The notes beneath the pieces are model-generated. The model searched no databases, was not told where the DNA came from, and worked only from the letters and a program-made list of their open reading frames with translations. 64,000 nucleotides of DNA from a virus. The stretch spans positions 2,922 through 66,921 of IMG/VR virus record IMGVR_UViG_3300009159_000067; one strand, written 5' to 3'. Each line of letters begins with the position of its first letter. Position 1 is the first letter of the stretch. Below, piece after piece: positions 47,435-55,550 of this stretch. A program made the position numbers and the translations under genes.

Positions 47435-47659
47435 ATGAAAGTAAAAGTTATAAAAGATAGTACAGACATTTTTCCTCATTTGTATGAAGGATCGGTAATA
47501 CAGAATGTTGAAACCAAAGGTGATAATTATTATGGTGTATTTTCATCATTTATGGGTTCATATTATGTTGAAATTCCAAAAAAAAGATGTAAAAAATTAA
47601 AAGATGAAACTAAAAAAAGTAAGAACATTTTCGGAAGCTGGCAAAGACCCAAGAGTTGA
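47435..47659 (+). CDS. Hypothetical protein
   Basis: ORF within tRNA cluster. Confidence 0.5.
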   Translation: MKVKVIKDSTDIFPHLYEGSVIQNVETKGDNYYGVFSSFMGSYYVEIPKKRCKKLKDETKKSKNIFGSWQRPKS

Positions 47660-47822
47660 TTCCATTTTCAGTGAAATTGATAATTTTGAAGATAATAAAC
47701 CTGACTATTGGATAAATTTAAAAGAGGGTTATATTTGCAAATCTATGGATTGTGGTATAATTCATGAAAGGACTGTTAAAAGATGTTTATGGTTATTAAA
47801 TAATGATGTAATAAAAAAATAA
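47604..47822 (+). CDS. Hypothetical protein
   Basis: ORF. Confidence 0.55.
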   Translation: MKLKKVRTFSEAGKDPRVDSIFSEIDNFEDNKPDYWINLKEGYICKSMDCGIIHERTVKRCLWLLNNDVIKK

Positions 47823-47825
47823 AAT

Positions 47826-48059
47826 ATGAAAGCAATATTAGAATTTAACCTTCCTGACGATCAACAAGAATTTAATTTGGCAAATAGCGGTCTTAAATTT
47901 TGGAGTGTTCTTTGGGAATTAGACCAAGAATTGAGAGCAAAAACCAAATATGCTTCCGATGATCTTCCTCAAGACAAATATGATGCATATCAAGAAGTTA
48001 GAGATAAACTTTATGAACTAATGTCAGAAAGTAATCTTAGCTTTGATATGGTAAGATAA
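47826..48059 (+). CDS. Conserved small phage protein
   Basis: MKAILEFNLPDDQ motif. Confidence 0.65.
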   Translation: MKAILEFNLPDDQQEFNLANSGLKFWSVLWELDQELRAKTKYASDDLPQDKYDAYQEVRDKLYELMSESNLSFDMVR

Positions 48060-48067
48060 GGAATATT

Positions 48068-48141
48068 GGTCAGATACCCAAGTGGTTTAAGGGGCTTGTT
48101 TGCAAAACAAGTATTCGTCGGTTCAAATCCGACTCTGACCT
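48068..48141 (+). tRNA. tRNA-Cys(GCA)
   Basis: Loop TTGCAAA, U73. Confidence 0.9.
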
Positions 48142-48147
48142 CAAAAT

Positions 48148-48219
48148 TGGAGTATAATTCAGTGGTAGAATGTCATTCTGATACGATGAAAGTCGGTGGT
48201 TCGAGTCCACCTACTCCAA
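48148..48219 (+). tRNA. tRNA-Ile(GAT)
   Basis: Loop CTGATAC; acceptor TGGAGTA/TACTCCA. Confidence 0.85.
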
Positions 48220-48234
48220 CTAAAATAAAAAAAT

Positions 48235-48549
48235 ATGAAAAAACTATTATTCATTATGTTTTTGGTCCCAATTTTTTCTTTGGGTCAAGAAAAAATCAAA
48301 TTTACTGCGGCAGGCATAACTTGTTCGATGTGTTCAAGCGCAATTCATAAATCACTCCAAACTGATAAATCAATCATTAAAATTGATCCAAATTTAAACA
48401 CTCAAGAATGGTATGTTGAATATAAATCAGGAGAGTTCAATGTAGAAAACCTCACCAAAAAAGTTGAGGATGCTGGATTCAGCATAGAAAAAATTTACTT
48501 GAATGATAAACTTATTTTTGACAGAAAAAATAAGAAAAAAAAGAAATGA
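48235..48549 (+). CDS. Secreted heavy-metal-associated (HMA) domain protein
   Basis: Signal peptide; GITCSMC; VEDAGFS. Confidence 0.85.
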   Translation: MKKLLFIMFLVPIFSLGQEKIKFTAAGITCSMCSSAIHKSLQTDKSIIKIDPNLNTQEWYVEYKSGEFNVENLTKKVEDAGFSIEKIYLNDKLIFDRKNKKKKK

Positions 48550-48644
48550 AAAATTTTTTAAAAAAAATTGTAACTTTCCTTAAATTAGTTGAAGAAAAAC
48601 GACTTGAATATATGGAAAAGTCCGGTTGGGGAAAATTATAACAC

Positions 48645-48717
48645 GCGTGCGTAGCTCAATTGGTAGAGTACTGGTCTCCAAAACCAGGAGTTGTAGGTTC
48701 GAGTCCTACCGTGCGTG
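48645..48717 (+). tRNA. tRNA-Trp(CCA)
   Basis: Loop CTCCAAA, G73. Confidence 0.9.
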
Positions 48718-48722
48718 CAATT

Positions 48723-48840
48723 AGTCAGGTGGCGGAATTGGTTAGACGCAGTGTAAAGTGTTACCGATGTAGATAGGTAACTGGTCACGCAGCGAGATAG
48801 CGTACACTTTCTATTACAGGTTCGAATCCTGTCCTGACTA
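48723..48840 (+). ncRNA. tRNA-scaffold RNA without anticodon arm (branched insert)
   Basis: Leu-type acceptor AGTCAGG/CCTGACT, D- and T-arms intact; middle is a junction with two AGATA-loop hairpins. Confidence 0.7.
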
Positions 48841-48965
48841 CATAATGAGAAATATTGTATAAATAAAAGTTTATTAATACAAAAAAATTGATTAACTTTA
48901 ATTTATTAGTATTTATCATAAAAGTTTTTGTTTAATACAAAAACATAAAAATTAAAAAACCAAAT

Positions 48966-49925
48966 ATGTCAAAATTTTCAGAAAAAGTTTCAAGTTTAAA
49001 CCATAAAGTTGTTTATGGTGTTTTAGTTGTATTATTGTTATTATCCTTTGGATACATTTATTATTCTAATAATAAAAGTACTAAAATAATCCACGAAAAA
49101 GAGATACAGTATCTCCAAATAGATTCTTCTAAAGATGTATTGCAGTTGCAATATGATGAATCTATTTTAAAGTTAAATTATCTAACTAGTCAAAATTCTG
49201 GGTTGGATAGTATTGTTAAAAGAAAAACAAAAGAATTAAACATTTTGAAAGATCGTATTAAAAAAATAATACATAAACAAAATTTAACAAATTCAGAATT
49301 TCGTAAAGCTCGTAGATTAATTCAGGTACTTAATGAAATGATAGAAGATTTATCTAAAGAAAATGATAAATTAAAACTTGAAAATCATAAATTATCAGAA
49401 GAAAAAGAAGTTCTTATTGTTAAAAACAATGAACTTGAAAAAGTTCTATTAAAAACTGAAGAAGAAAAGAAAGTAGCAGAAAATAAAGTTGATATTGGAA
49501 GTACTCTTTCTGTTTCAGATATGAAAGTTATTGGAATTAATGTTAAACACAATAAAAAAGAAAAGATTACAGATAAATTTCAAAAAATAGATAAATTAAA
49601 TTTATCATTTAATGTTAATGAGAATAAAATATCTAATAGCGGTACAAAAGAAATTTTCATTATCGTAATCAATCCTTTAAATAATGTTATTTTAGATAAA
49701 TCTTCATCAGGATCATTTGTTACCAGAGAAGAAGGTGAAAAAGAATATACAATAAAAACAGCTATTGATTATAGACAAGGAGCAATACAAAAATTTTCAT
49801 TTGATATTAATTTGAATGAAAAATATGTTGACGGTGTTTATAAAGTAAAAATCTATGAAAATGGATTTAAGATCGGAGAAAGTAATATATCTCTAAAAGA
49901 TAGAAAAATATTAGGTATTTTATAA
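48966..49925 (+). CDS. Membrane-anchored coiled-coil protein with beta-sandwich C-terminus
   Basis: N-terminal TM, long heptads, G.YKV.IY..G. Confidence 0.7.
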   Translation: MSKFSEKVSSLNHKVVYGVLVVLLLLSFGYIYYSNNKSTKIIHEKEIQYLQIDSSKDVLQLQYDESILKLNYLTSQNSGLDSIVKRKTKELNILKDRIKKIIHKQNLTNSEFRKARRLIQVLNEMIEDLSKENDKLKLENHKLSEEKEVLIVKNNELEKVLLKTEEEKKVAENKVDIGSTLSVSDMKVIGINVKHNKKEKITDKFQKIDKLNLSFNVNENKISNSGTKEIFIIVINPLNNVILDKSSSGSFVTREEGEKEYTIKTAIDYRQGAIQKFSFDINLNEKYVDGVYKVKIYENGFKIGESNISLKDRKILGIL

Positions 49926-50030
49926 GTTATAATAAATAATATTAAAATGGTCATCAAATTTGGTGACCATTTTTTTTAAATAAAAAAGTCAGACATTTCT
50001 GTCTGACTCCAAAACCTAATTACAAAAAAG

Positions 50031-50195
50031 TTACTTCTTTTTTGAAAAGATAGACCAGGTTGCACCAACAAATGTAATCGCACCGCCCAATAGTTCTTGA
50101 ACCATAACATCATCAGCATATCCTTTAATTACAAGAATACCTCCAATGAATGTAAATGCGTGTCTAACGATACCTAAAAGTTGTTCTTTTGTCAT
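50031..50195 (-). CDS. Small two-TM holin-like protein (54 aa)
   Basis: MTKEQLLGIVRHAFTFIGG...ATWSIFSKKK; TATTTAT upstream. Confidence 0.65.
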   Translation of the reverse strand: MTKEQLLGIVRHAFTFIGGILVIKGYADDVMVQELLGGAITFVGATWSIFSKKK

Positions 50196-50340
50196 TTTTT
50201 TTTATTTAATGGTTTATGATAACTATAAATATCTTTTAACTAATCTAATTAATGTTTTTTATAAGGATTCCTCTAAATTAAATTAGGGGGATTTTTTTTT
50301 GATCATAAAATTATTTTTTTTATATTTGTATGTAAAATAT

Positions 50341-50415
50341 GGTCCCGTAGCTCAATAGGATTAGAGCAACACTCTTCTAAAGTGTAGGTTTTGTGTTCGA
50401 ACCACAACGGGATCA
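50341..50415 (+). tRNA. tRNA-Arg(TCT)
   Basis: Loop CTTCTAA; TATATTTG promoter 50321-50328. Confidence 0.9.
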
Positions 50416-50503
50416 CAAAAAATTTTTTATAAAAATTGACTAATGCCATAATTAGTCTTATATTTATAGTACATAACACACATTAAAATTAAAAAACACA
50501 ATT

Positions 50504-50713
50504 ATGAAAAAAGTCCTTGCATTGTTATCTATCGTGGCTCTCGCATCTTGCGGAGGAGCATCTACTTCTACTGAAGCTAAAGATTCTACTATTGTTGATT
50601 CTGTTGTAGTTGCAGATTCAGCTGTTGTTGCAGATTCAGCCGCAGTTATTGTTCTTGACACAGTACAACCTGTAAATGGTGATGCTAAAGAAGGTATCAA
50701 ACCAGTGAAATAA
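50504..50713 (+). CDS. Small lipoprotein
   Basis: Lipobox LASC; VVADS repeats. Confidence 0.7.
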   Translation: MKKVLALLSIVALASCGGASTSTEAKDSTIVDSVVVADSAVVADSAAVIVLDTVQPVNGDAKEGIKPVK

Positions 50714-50765
50714 TTAAAAGTTATCACACTAATACACCCCTAGCTTATTGATAAGTTGGGGGTTT

Positions 50766-51455
50766 TTATTTTAGTAGTGTTTTAATTCTATCTACATCTT
50801 TAATAATTCTTTTTTTGTTTCTATTTTTTTTGTCAGATTCCGAAATTCCAAATATTGATGACAATTTATTAATAAATTTATCGATATTTGATCCTGAAGG
50901 AGTTTCATTAGAGTCTGTTGATTCTGTATCTGATGATTCTGTATCTGATGATTCAGCATCATAGTCTGATCCAATTGATGAAGTATTGTCTGTAGTATTT
51001 GAGACATGCACATGATCATCGTGACCTGGAAATCCGAATGTTAATACCGCTTTAGGGTGTGAAGATCCTTCAGCATTTTTATTATATCCCATACTTATTA
51101 AAGCGTTAACAAATTTATTAACTATTTCTTTATTTGCAGGACTAACCGCTTTTCCGTCTATAAAATCTATATCAACGGCATTATTGGCCCAATGTCTACT
51201 TATATTTCCACTTTTAGCAAATTTACCATGTCCTGTTTTTGCATAATCAATTGTCACATTAACTCCCGCAGCTTTAGCAGCAGTTTCAATATCGTCTAAT
51301 AGTGGTTTATTAATTTTGTCTTGTTTTGCTTTGTTTGAAAATTTCATTGTTGAATAACTTGTTTCTGAAGGAGAAACCAATAATTCAGAAATGATTTTTT
51401 TATTTTCAGATAATTCTGAATACAAAGAAAAAATATTTTTTAGTTTATTATCCAT
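50766..51455 (-). CDS. Peptidase M15-like Zn peptidoglycan peptidase
   Basis: SRH...AVDI and H.DHVHVS motifs; ISE leader; acidic Ser/Thr linker. Confidence 0.65.
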   Translation of the reverse strand: MDNKLKNIFSLYSELSENKKIISELLVSPSETSYSTMKFSNKAKQDKINKPLLDDIETAAKAAGVNVTIDYAKTGHGKFAKSGNISRHWANNAVDIDFIDGKAVSPANKEIVNKFVNALISMGYNKNAEGSSHPKAVLTFGFPGHDDHVHVSNTTDNTSSIGSDYDAESSDTESSDTESTDSNETPSGSNIDKFINKLSSIFGISESDKKNRNKKRIIKDVDRIKTLLK

Positions 51456-51502
51456 ATAACTAATAAATACATTAATTAATAAAAAAACCGAGTTTCCTCG
51501 GT

Positions 51503-51826
51503 TTATCTATTAGAATTATAATTCAAAATTTTTTTTTCTAACGGTTTGGGTATTTCTATTTTAATTTCATCTTTGGTTGATTCTGAAATTATTTTTTTCT
51601 TTTCTTGGTTGACAATAACGCCAAATTTAATCCATTTATACCATATTCTTTCGTGTATATAATATTGGATTGGTTTATATAATAATTCCGCAATACCAAA
51701 AGCTGCTCCTATTTTGAAGTTTCCTGAAATCCACCACATGGCTAAAAAACCAACTCCTGTACTAACTATTCGATAACTAATTGTTTTTGCAATGTGTCTT
51801 TTGTAAGATATTTTTGTTTGATTCAT
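51503..51826 (-). CDS. DUF2061-like membrane protein
   Basis: RHIAKTISYRI ... YYIHERIW. Confidence 0.8.
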   Translation of the reverse strand: MNQTKISYKRHIAKTISYRIVSTGVGFLAMWWISGNFKIGAAFGIAELLYKPIQYYIHERIWYKWIKFGVIVNQEKKKIISESTKDEIKIEIPKPLEKKILNYNSNR

Positions 51827-52025
51827 ATAATTTTATAAGATGGTCGGCAGTTGGTGGGTAAAATACCTAGGAGCTAGCATCCGTTTACTGCTGCAGACAG
51901 TTACACCAACTTGACCACCACGCGTTAAAAATAGATAATATCAGTAGGAGATTCGTCATCACCAGAATGAATAAGATCTTTAGGATCAGTCATAAGATAC
52001 ATTATTTTACGCAGTTTATTTATTA

Positions 52026-52217
52026 TTAATTATCAATAAAATTTTTTTTATTCATTTCATTTATTGATATTCTTCCCATCCTCCAATCTAACCAAGTGTC
52101 CATATTTTTTAAATTTTCTAATGTTTTTTCGTGAACTAAAATAAATCCTTCAGGAGCAACGCCATCATATTTTCTAATATGGCTCTCTTGCGTTATGATT
52201 TTTTTTATATCAATCAT
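52026..52217 (-). CDS. Hypothetical protein
   Basis: ORF. Confidence 0.5.
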   Translation of the reverse strand: MIDIKKIITQESHIRKYDGVAPEGFILVHEKTLENLKNMDTWLDWRMGRISINEMNKKNFIDN

Positions 52218-52303
52218 TTTTATTGAATTTTTCGGATAACCAAAATGAAATTTTAAGAATTATGACTATGATTATAGCCAGTGTTGAAAGTCCAAATAAT
52301 AAA

Positions 52304-52830
52304 TTAATGATTTGATTCCAAATACTCATTATTTAATATTTTGATTATTTTATCTTTTATTCCAAGTTGTTTTAATCCTTCACTACTTTTAGTTAAAACA
52401 AACTTATCATTACCTGAATCTAAATAATGACCAACATCAAGATCGTCAATTACGACATAATTTGCAAATTGAAAATGTTTTAAAAACAGATCAATTTCAT
52501 GAGATCTATTTTTTGTTAAATTTCCAAAGCTAATCGGACTGTTTTTGTAACCATCCTTGGAGACTTTATAACTCCGTTATTTTGAAAGATATTATGTAAT
52601 CTAATTAGGTCCCAGTGAAATCTCCAATCTGAACTTAAAACAATTTCTGCATCTGTTTTGTTTAAGATTTCATTTAATATTTTTACACATTTTTTATCAA
52701 ATGGATATGGAATATTATCTTCGTAAGCCCACTTATTTTTTTCTTGAAACTTTTTACGATTCATCATAAATTGTTTATCAGTTGCAAGAACTCCATCAAT
52801 GTCTAAAAAAATTATTTTTGTCTTTTTCAT
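52304..52830 (-). pseudogene. HAD phosphatase (Swiss-army-knife RNA-repair type) split by a -1 frameshift
   Basis: FLDIDGVL and IVLSSDWR in one frame; RSHEI..FL..YVVIDD..EGL in the -1 frame after the A5 run (52542-52546). Confidence 0.75.
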
Positions 52831-52906
52831 ACAAACACAAATATAAGTATTTATTATTGGATTACAAATCTTTTAGATATAAATTATAAATTTTAAAGAA
52901 TGGAAG

Positions 52907-53131
52907 ATGGAGAAAAACAGATCGACATGGAGGTCAATTTTTCAAGACAACCTCTCACAAGTATTTTTAATGGTAGCTCTCTTCTTAAATCCATTTGGAT
53001 TCGATGTAATTCAATATTCTCTAATATTATGGACAGGAAGTTTATGGAAAGCGAACTTCGTTTTGTATTGTTTTGCGGGAGTGTTCTTTGGATTGTATAT
53101 CTACTTTCGCAGATTGTCTAAAAAAAATTAA
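52907..53131 (+). CDS. Small membrane protein
   Basis: Two hydrophobic helices, LFLNPFGFD. Confidence 0.5.
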   Translation: MEKNRSTWRSIFQDNLSQVFLMVALFLNPFGFDVIQYSLILWTGSLWKANFVLYCFAGVFFGLYIYFRRLSKKN

Positions 53132-54639
53132 AGAGCTTTTAATTCACCTTTTTTAAAGGCATCAAAATTTGGTCCTTGAACCAAAAGATATTTTCCTCCT
53201 GATTTTCTATAATTTAATATTCCTGCATTCTTTGCAGATGCAAAAAAACCGGCAAAATGACCCCTTAAATCACCTGAAGTTCTCCAACTGTGATTAGTGC
53301 CTTTAATTCTATATATAGGGTTATTATTATCATCATTTTTTCTTTCAAGTTTACCTATATCAACAAGAAAATCTAATTTGGTTCCAACAGTGTTATCATT
53401 ATCTAACCAATCAACCAATTTTTTAATCAAACCTTTGTTTTTTCCAAATGTATATCCATAACTTATTCTATTTGGGTTCCAAACTTTAGTGGTTCCTGCA
53501 ACTTTTTGAACAAGTTTTGGGTTGTTTTTAATGTGAAATAAAATTTTATTTACAATATTTCTTCTAACTCCAAAAGAGGTATAAGATGGATCTTCTTCAG
53601 TAAATCTATATATTTCATTTATATTCCAATCTTCTAAACCAAGATCCATAAAATAATCTACAGGAATATATTCTTCATTTCCTTGAAAACTTATTTCTAC
53701 TTGAAATGATTTAAATGATTGAACTTCATTTTTTACTAGTTTATAATTTAAATAAATTATATATTCATCAATCAAATGGTCTGATATATATATTTTGACT
53801 TTCCCTTGAGAATGTCCAAACCCAAGATCTGTAATATTTTCAAAACCACTTACAATTACTTTTAAAGTTTGACCGGACTTTAAATAATTTCTTTCTTCGC
53901 TTTCATTTGTTCCAAAATTATTGAAGGTTTCAGTTAAAAACTTATCTACGTTAGATAAACTATTTTTTTTATTGTCTTCTATAATAGAATTTATAACTTC
54001 AGGAAATGCATATTTAAGGATTTTAATTTCTTTTTCTGTTAAAGATTTATCTTGAGAATCCCAATAAGTTATATCTCCTCTATTACTAAAATGAACCGCT
54101 ACTTTGGAAAATTCTCGATCTGTTGAATTTTTTTTATCAATAATAAAATATAGCGCTTGATTTCCTTTAGTATATCTTTCGAAATGACCAGATCCTTTTT
54201 GTGTTACGCACCATTTTGTGTTGGAACCGTATTTACAAGAAGCTTCTTCAGTTTCTGGTTTTATAACTAAAAACTTATCATCTTCGTAAATTTTGTTGGC
54301 TTGTTTTTCTAATTCTTTTTCTTTCTCTTTTTCTATGAAAGGTTTTAATGCGGTATCTAATTCAGTAAAACTATTGTATTGATTAATGTCTTTCTTTTTT
54401 AATTGAGATTGGTATTTGTCAAAATCTTTTACTAAACCAACAGCAACATCAACCATCATATCAATATCTGAATGGATATCTAAAGCCTTTAAAATAAAGT
54501 CAGTGTATTTGTGATTGAAATCTTGTAAATCAGAAATCCCTAAAACATCGTCTAACACTTCATCATCAAACTTGTCTGAATACTTTTTCTTTAAATCTTC
54601 TTTTCTACCCTCCTTCAATAAAATGGACATAAATTTCAT
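53128..54639 (-). CDS. Leader-bearing PxTxxASxxYGxxTxWC-domain protein
   Basis: ILLKEGRKE; KPETEEASCKYGSNTKWCVT. Confidence 0.7.
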   Translation of the reverse strand: MKFMSILLKEGRKEDLKKKYSDKFDDEVLDDVLGISDLQDFNHKYTDFILKALDIHSDIDMMVDVAVGLVKDFDKYQSQLKKKDINQYNSFTELDTALKPFIEKEKEKELEKQANKIYEDDKFLVIKPETEEASCKYGSNTKWCVTQKGSGHFERYTKGNQALYFIIDKKNSTDREFSKVAVHFSNRGDITYWDSQDKSLTEKEIKILKYAFPEVINSIIEDNKKNSLSNVDKFLTETFNNFGTNESEERNYLKSGQTLKVIVSGFENITDLGFGHSQGKVKIYISDHLIDEYIIYLNYKLVKNEVQSFKSFQVEISFQGNEEYIPVDYFMDLGLEDWNINEIYRFTEEDPSYTSFGVRRNIVNKILFHIKNNPKLVQKVAGTTKVWNPNRISYGYTFGKNKGLIKKLVDWLDNDNTVGTKLDFLVDIGKLERKNDDNNNPIYRIKGTNHSWRTSGDLRGHFAGFFASAKNAGILNYRKSGGKYLLVQGPNFDAFKKGELKAL

Positions 54640-54656
54640 ATGTTATAAATATAACA

Positions 54657-55004
54657 TCACTTCATAAGTAATTGAACCAATAAAATTAAAAGTGCAAGAA
54701 AGATAGAGATAACGGTTTTTAGGGTAAATTCTTCTTTGAAGAGAATTACTGATAATAATGTGAATACAAAAACACCAATTGCAAATCCAATCAATCGACT
54801 TGGCCATATTTCTCCTCCAAATCCTTGAACAAGAAAACTTACAGATTTAATAAATAACCAACTTGTTGGTATGCTAGTTAATAAAATAACCCACATGTAT
54901 TTTCCATGCCAATTATATTTTATTCCACCTTGTAATTGCATAAAAGAACATAATTGACCAAGAAAGCCAAACAAAACACCGTAAAAAATTTTAATAAGAT
55001 CCAT
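54657..55004 (-). CDS. Small 4-TM DMT/SMR-like membrane protein
   Basis: Four hydrophobic helices, LFKEEFT; TATATTTG promoter. Confidence 0.6.
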   Translation of the reverse strand: MDLIKIFYGVLFGFLGQLCSFMQLQGGIKYNWHGKYMWVILLTSIPTSWLFIKSVSFLVQGFGGEIWPSRLIGFAIGVFVFTLLSVILFKEEFTLKTVISIFLALLILLVQLLMK

Positions 55005-55045
55005 TTGTCTCAAATATAGTAAAAATTTGAGACAAAAAAAGATAA

Positions 55046-55469
55046 TGGTGGAGGTGGCGGGAATCGAACCCGCGTCTTTCCTGTTCAACAATAAGTCACT
55101 ACAAGTTTATTTTATTGGTTCTCAACAAACAAATAGAAAGTTCTTATTTTTCCATCAGAACTCACAACTGTGGTCGGTTCCTGTTAAATTGGATTGAACC
55201 GAAAACATCTCCCGACAAATTCTCTGAACTAAATCACGTGGTATTTGTCAAACCTCATGGACTTCTGTTCCAAGGTATATGTCCTTACCGACCCGTAGTT
55301 GTTCTGTACGATTAAGCACCAACAACAGCTTCTTCTCTTGTTAAACCAAGAGCAGCAAGCTTAGCAAATGTATTGCCTGTTATTTTTACCACCGATGTTT
55401 AAAGTCGTAGATGACATCCGACTACTTGCGACCTATTCCTGATACCTGAAATCGAAACCTGTCACCCCC
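55046..55469 (-). ncRNA. ssrA: tmRNA
   Basis: 5' GGGGGTGACAGGTTTCGA, 3' GCGGGTTCGATTCCCGCCACCTCCACCA, G3-U70 pair; tag ORF 55377-55312. Confidence 0.93.
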
Positions 55470-55550
55470 ATATGTTAAAGAACTTTATCAAAGGTAAGTA
55501 TAAATATGGATATTTCAAACAAAATCTCTATTTATATAAAAACTGATATT

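Noticed and set aside
51935-52010. Hammerhead-like segment (CTGA...GATGACGAA on the - strand)
   Set aside because: Core CUGANGA and GAAA elements are not correctly present or arranged.
55005-55315. 5' extension of ORF 54657..55091, and ORF 55115..55315
   Set aside because: They overlap the tmRNA; the real start is 55004.
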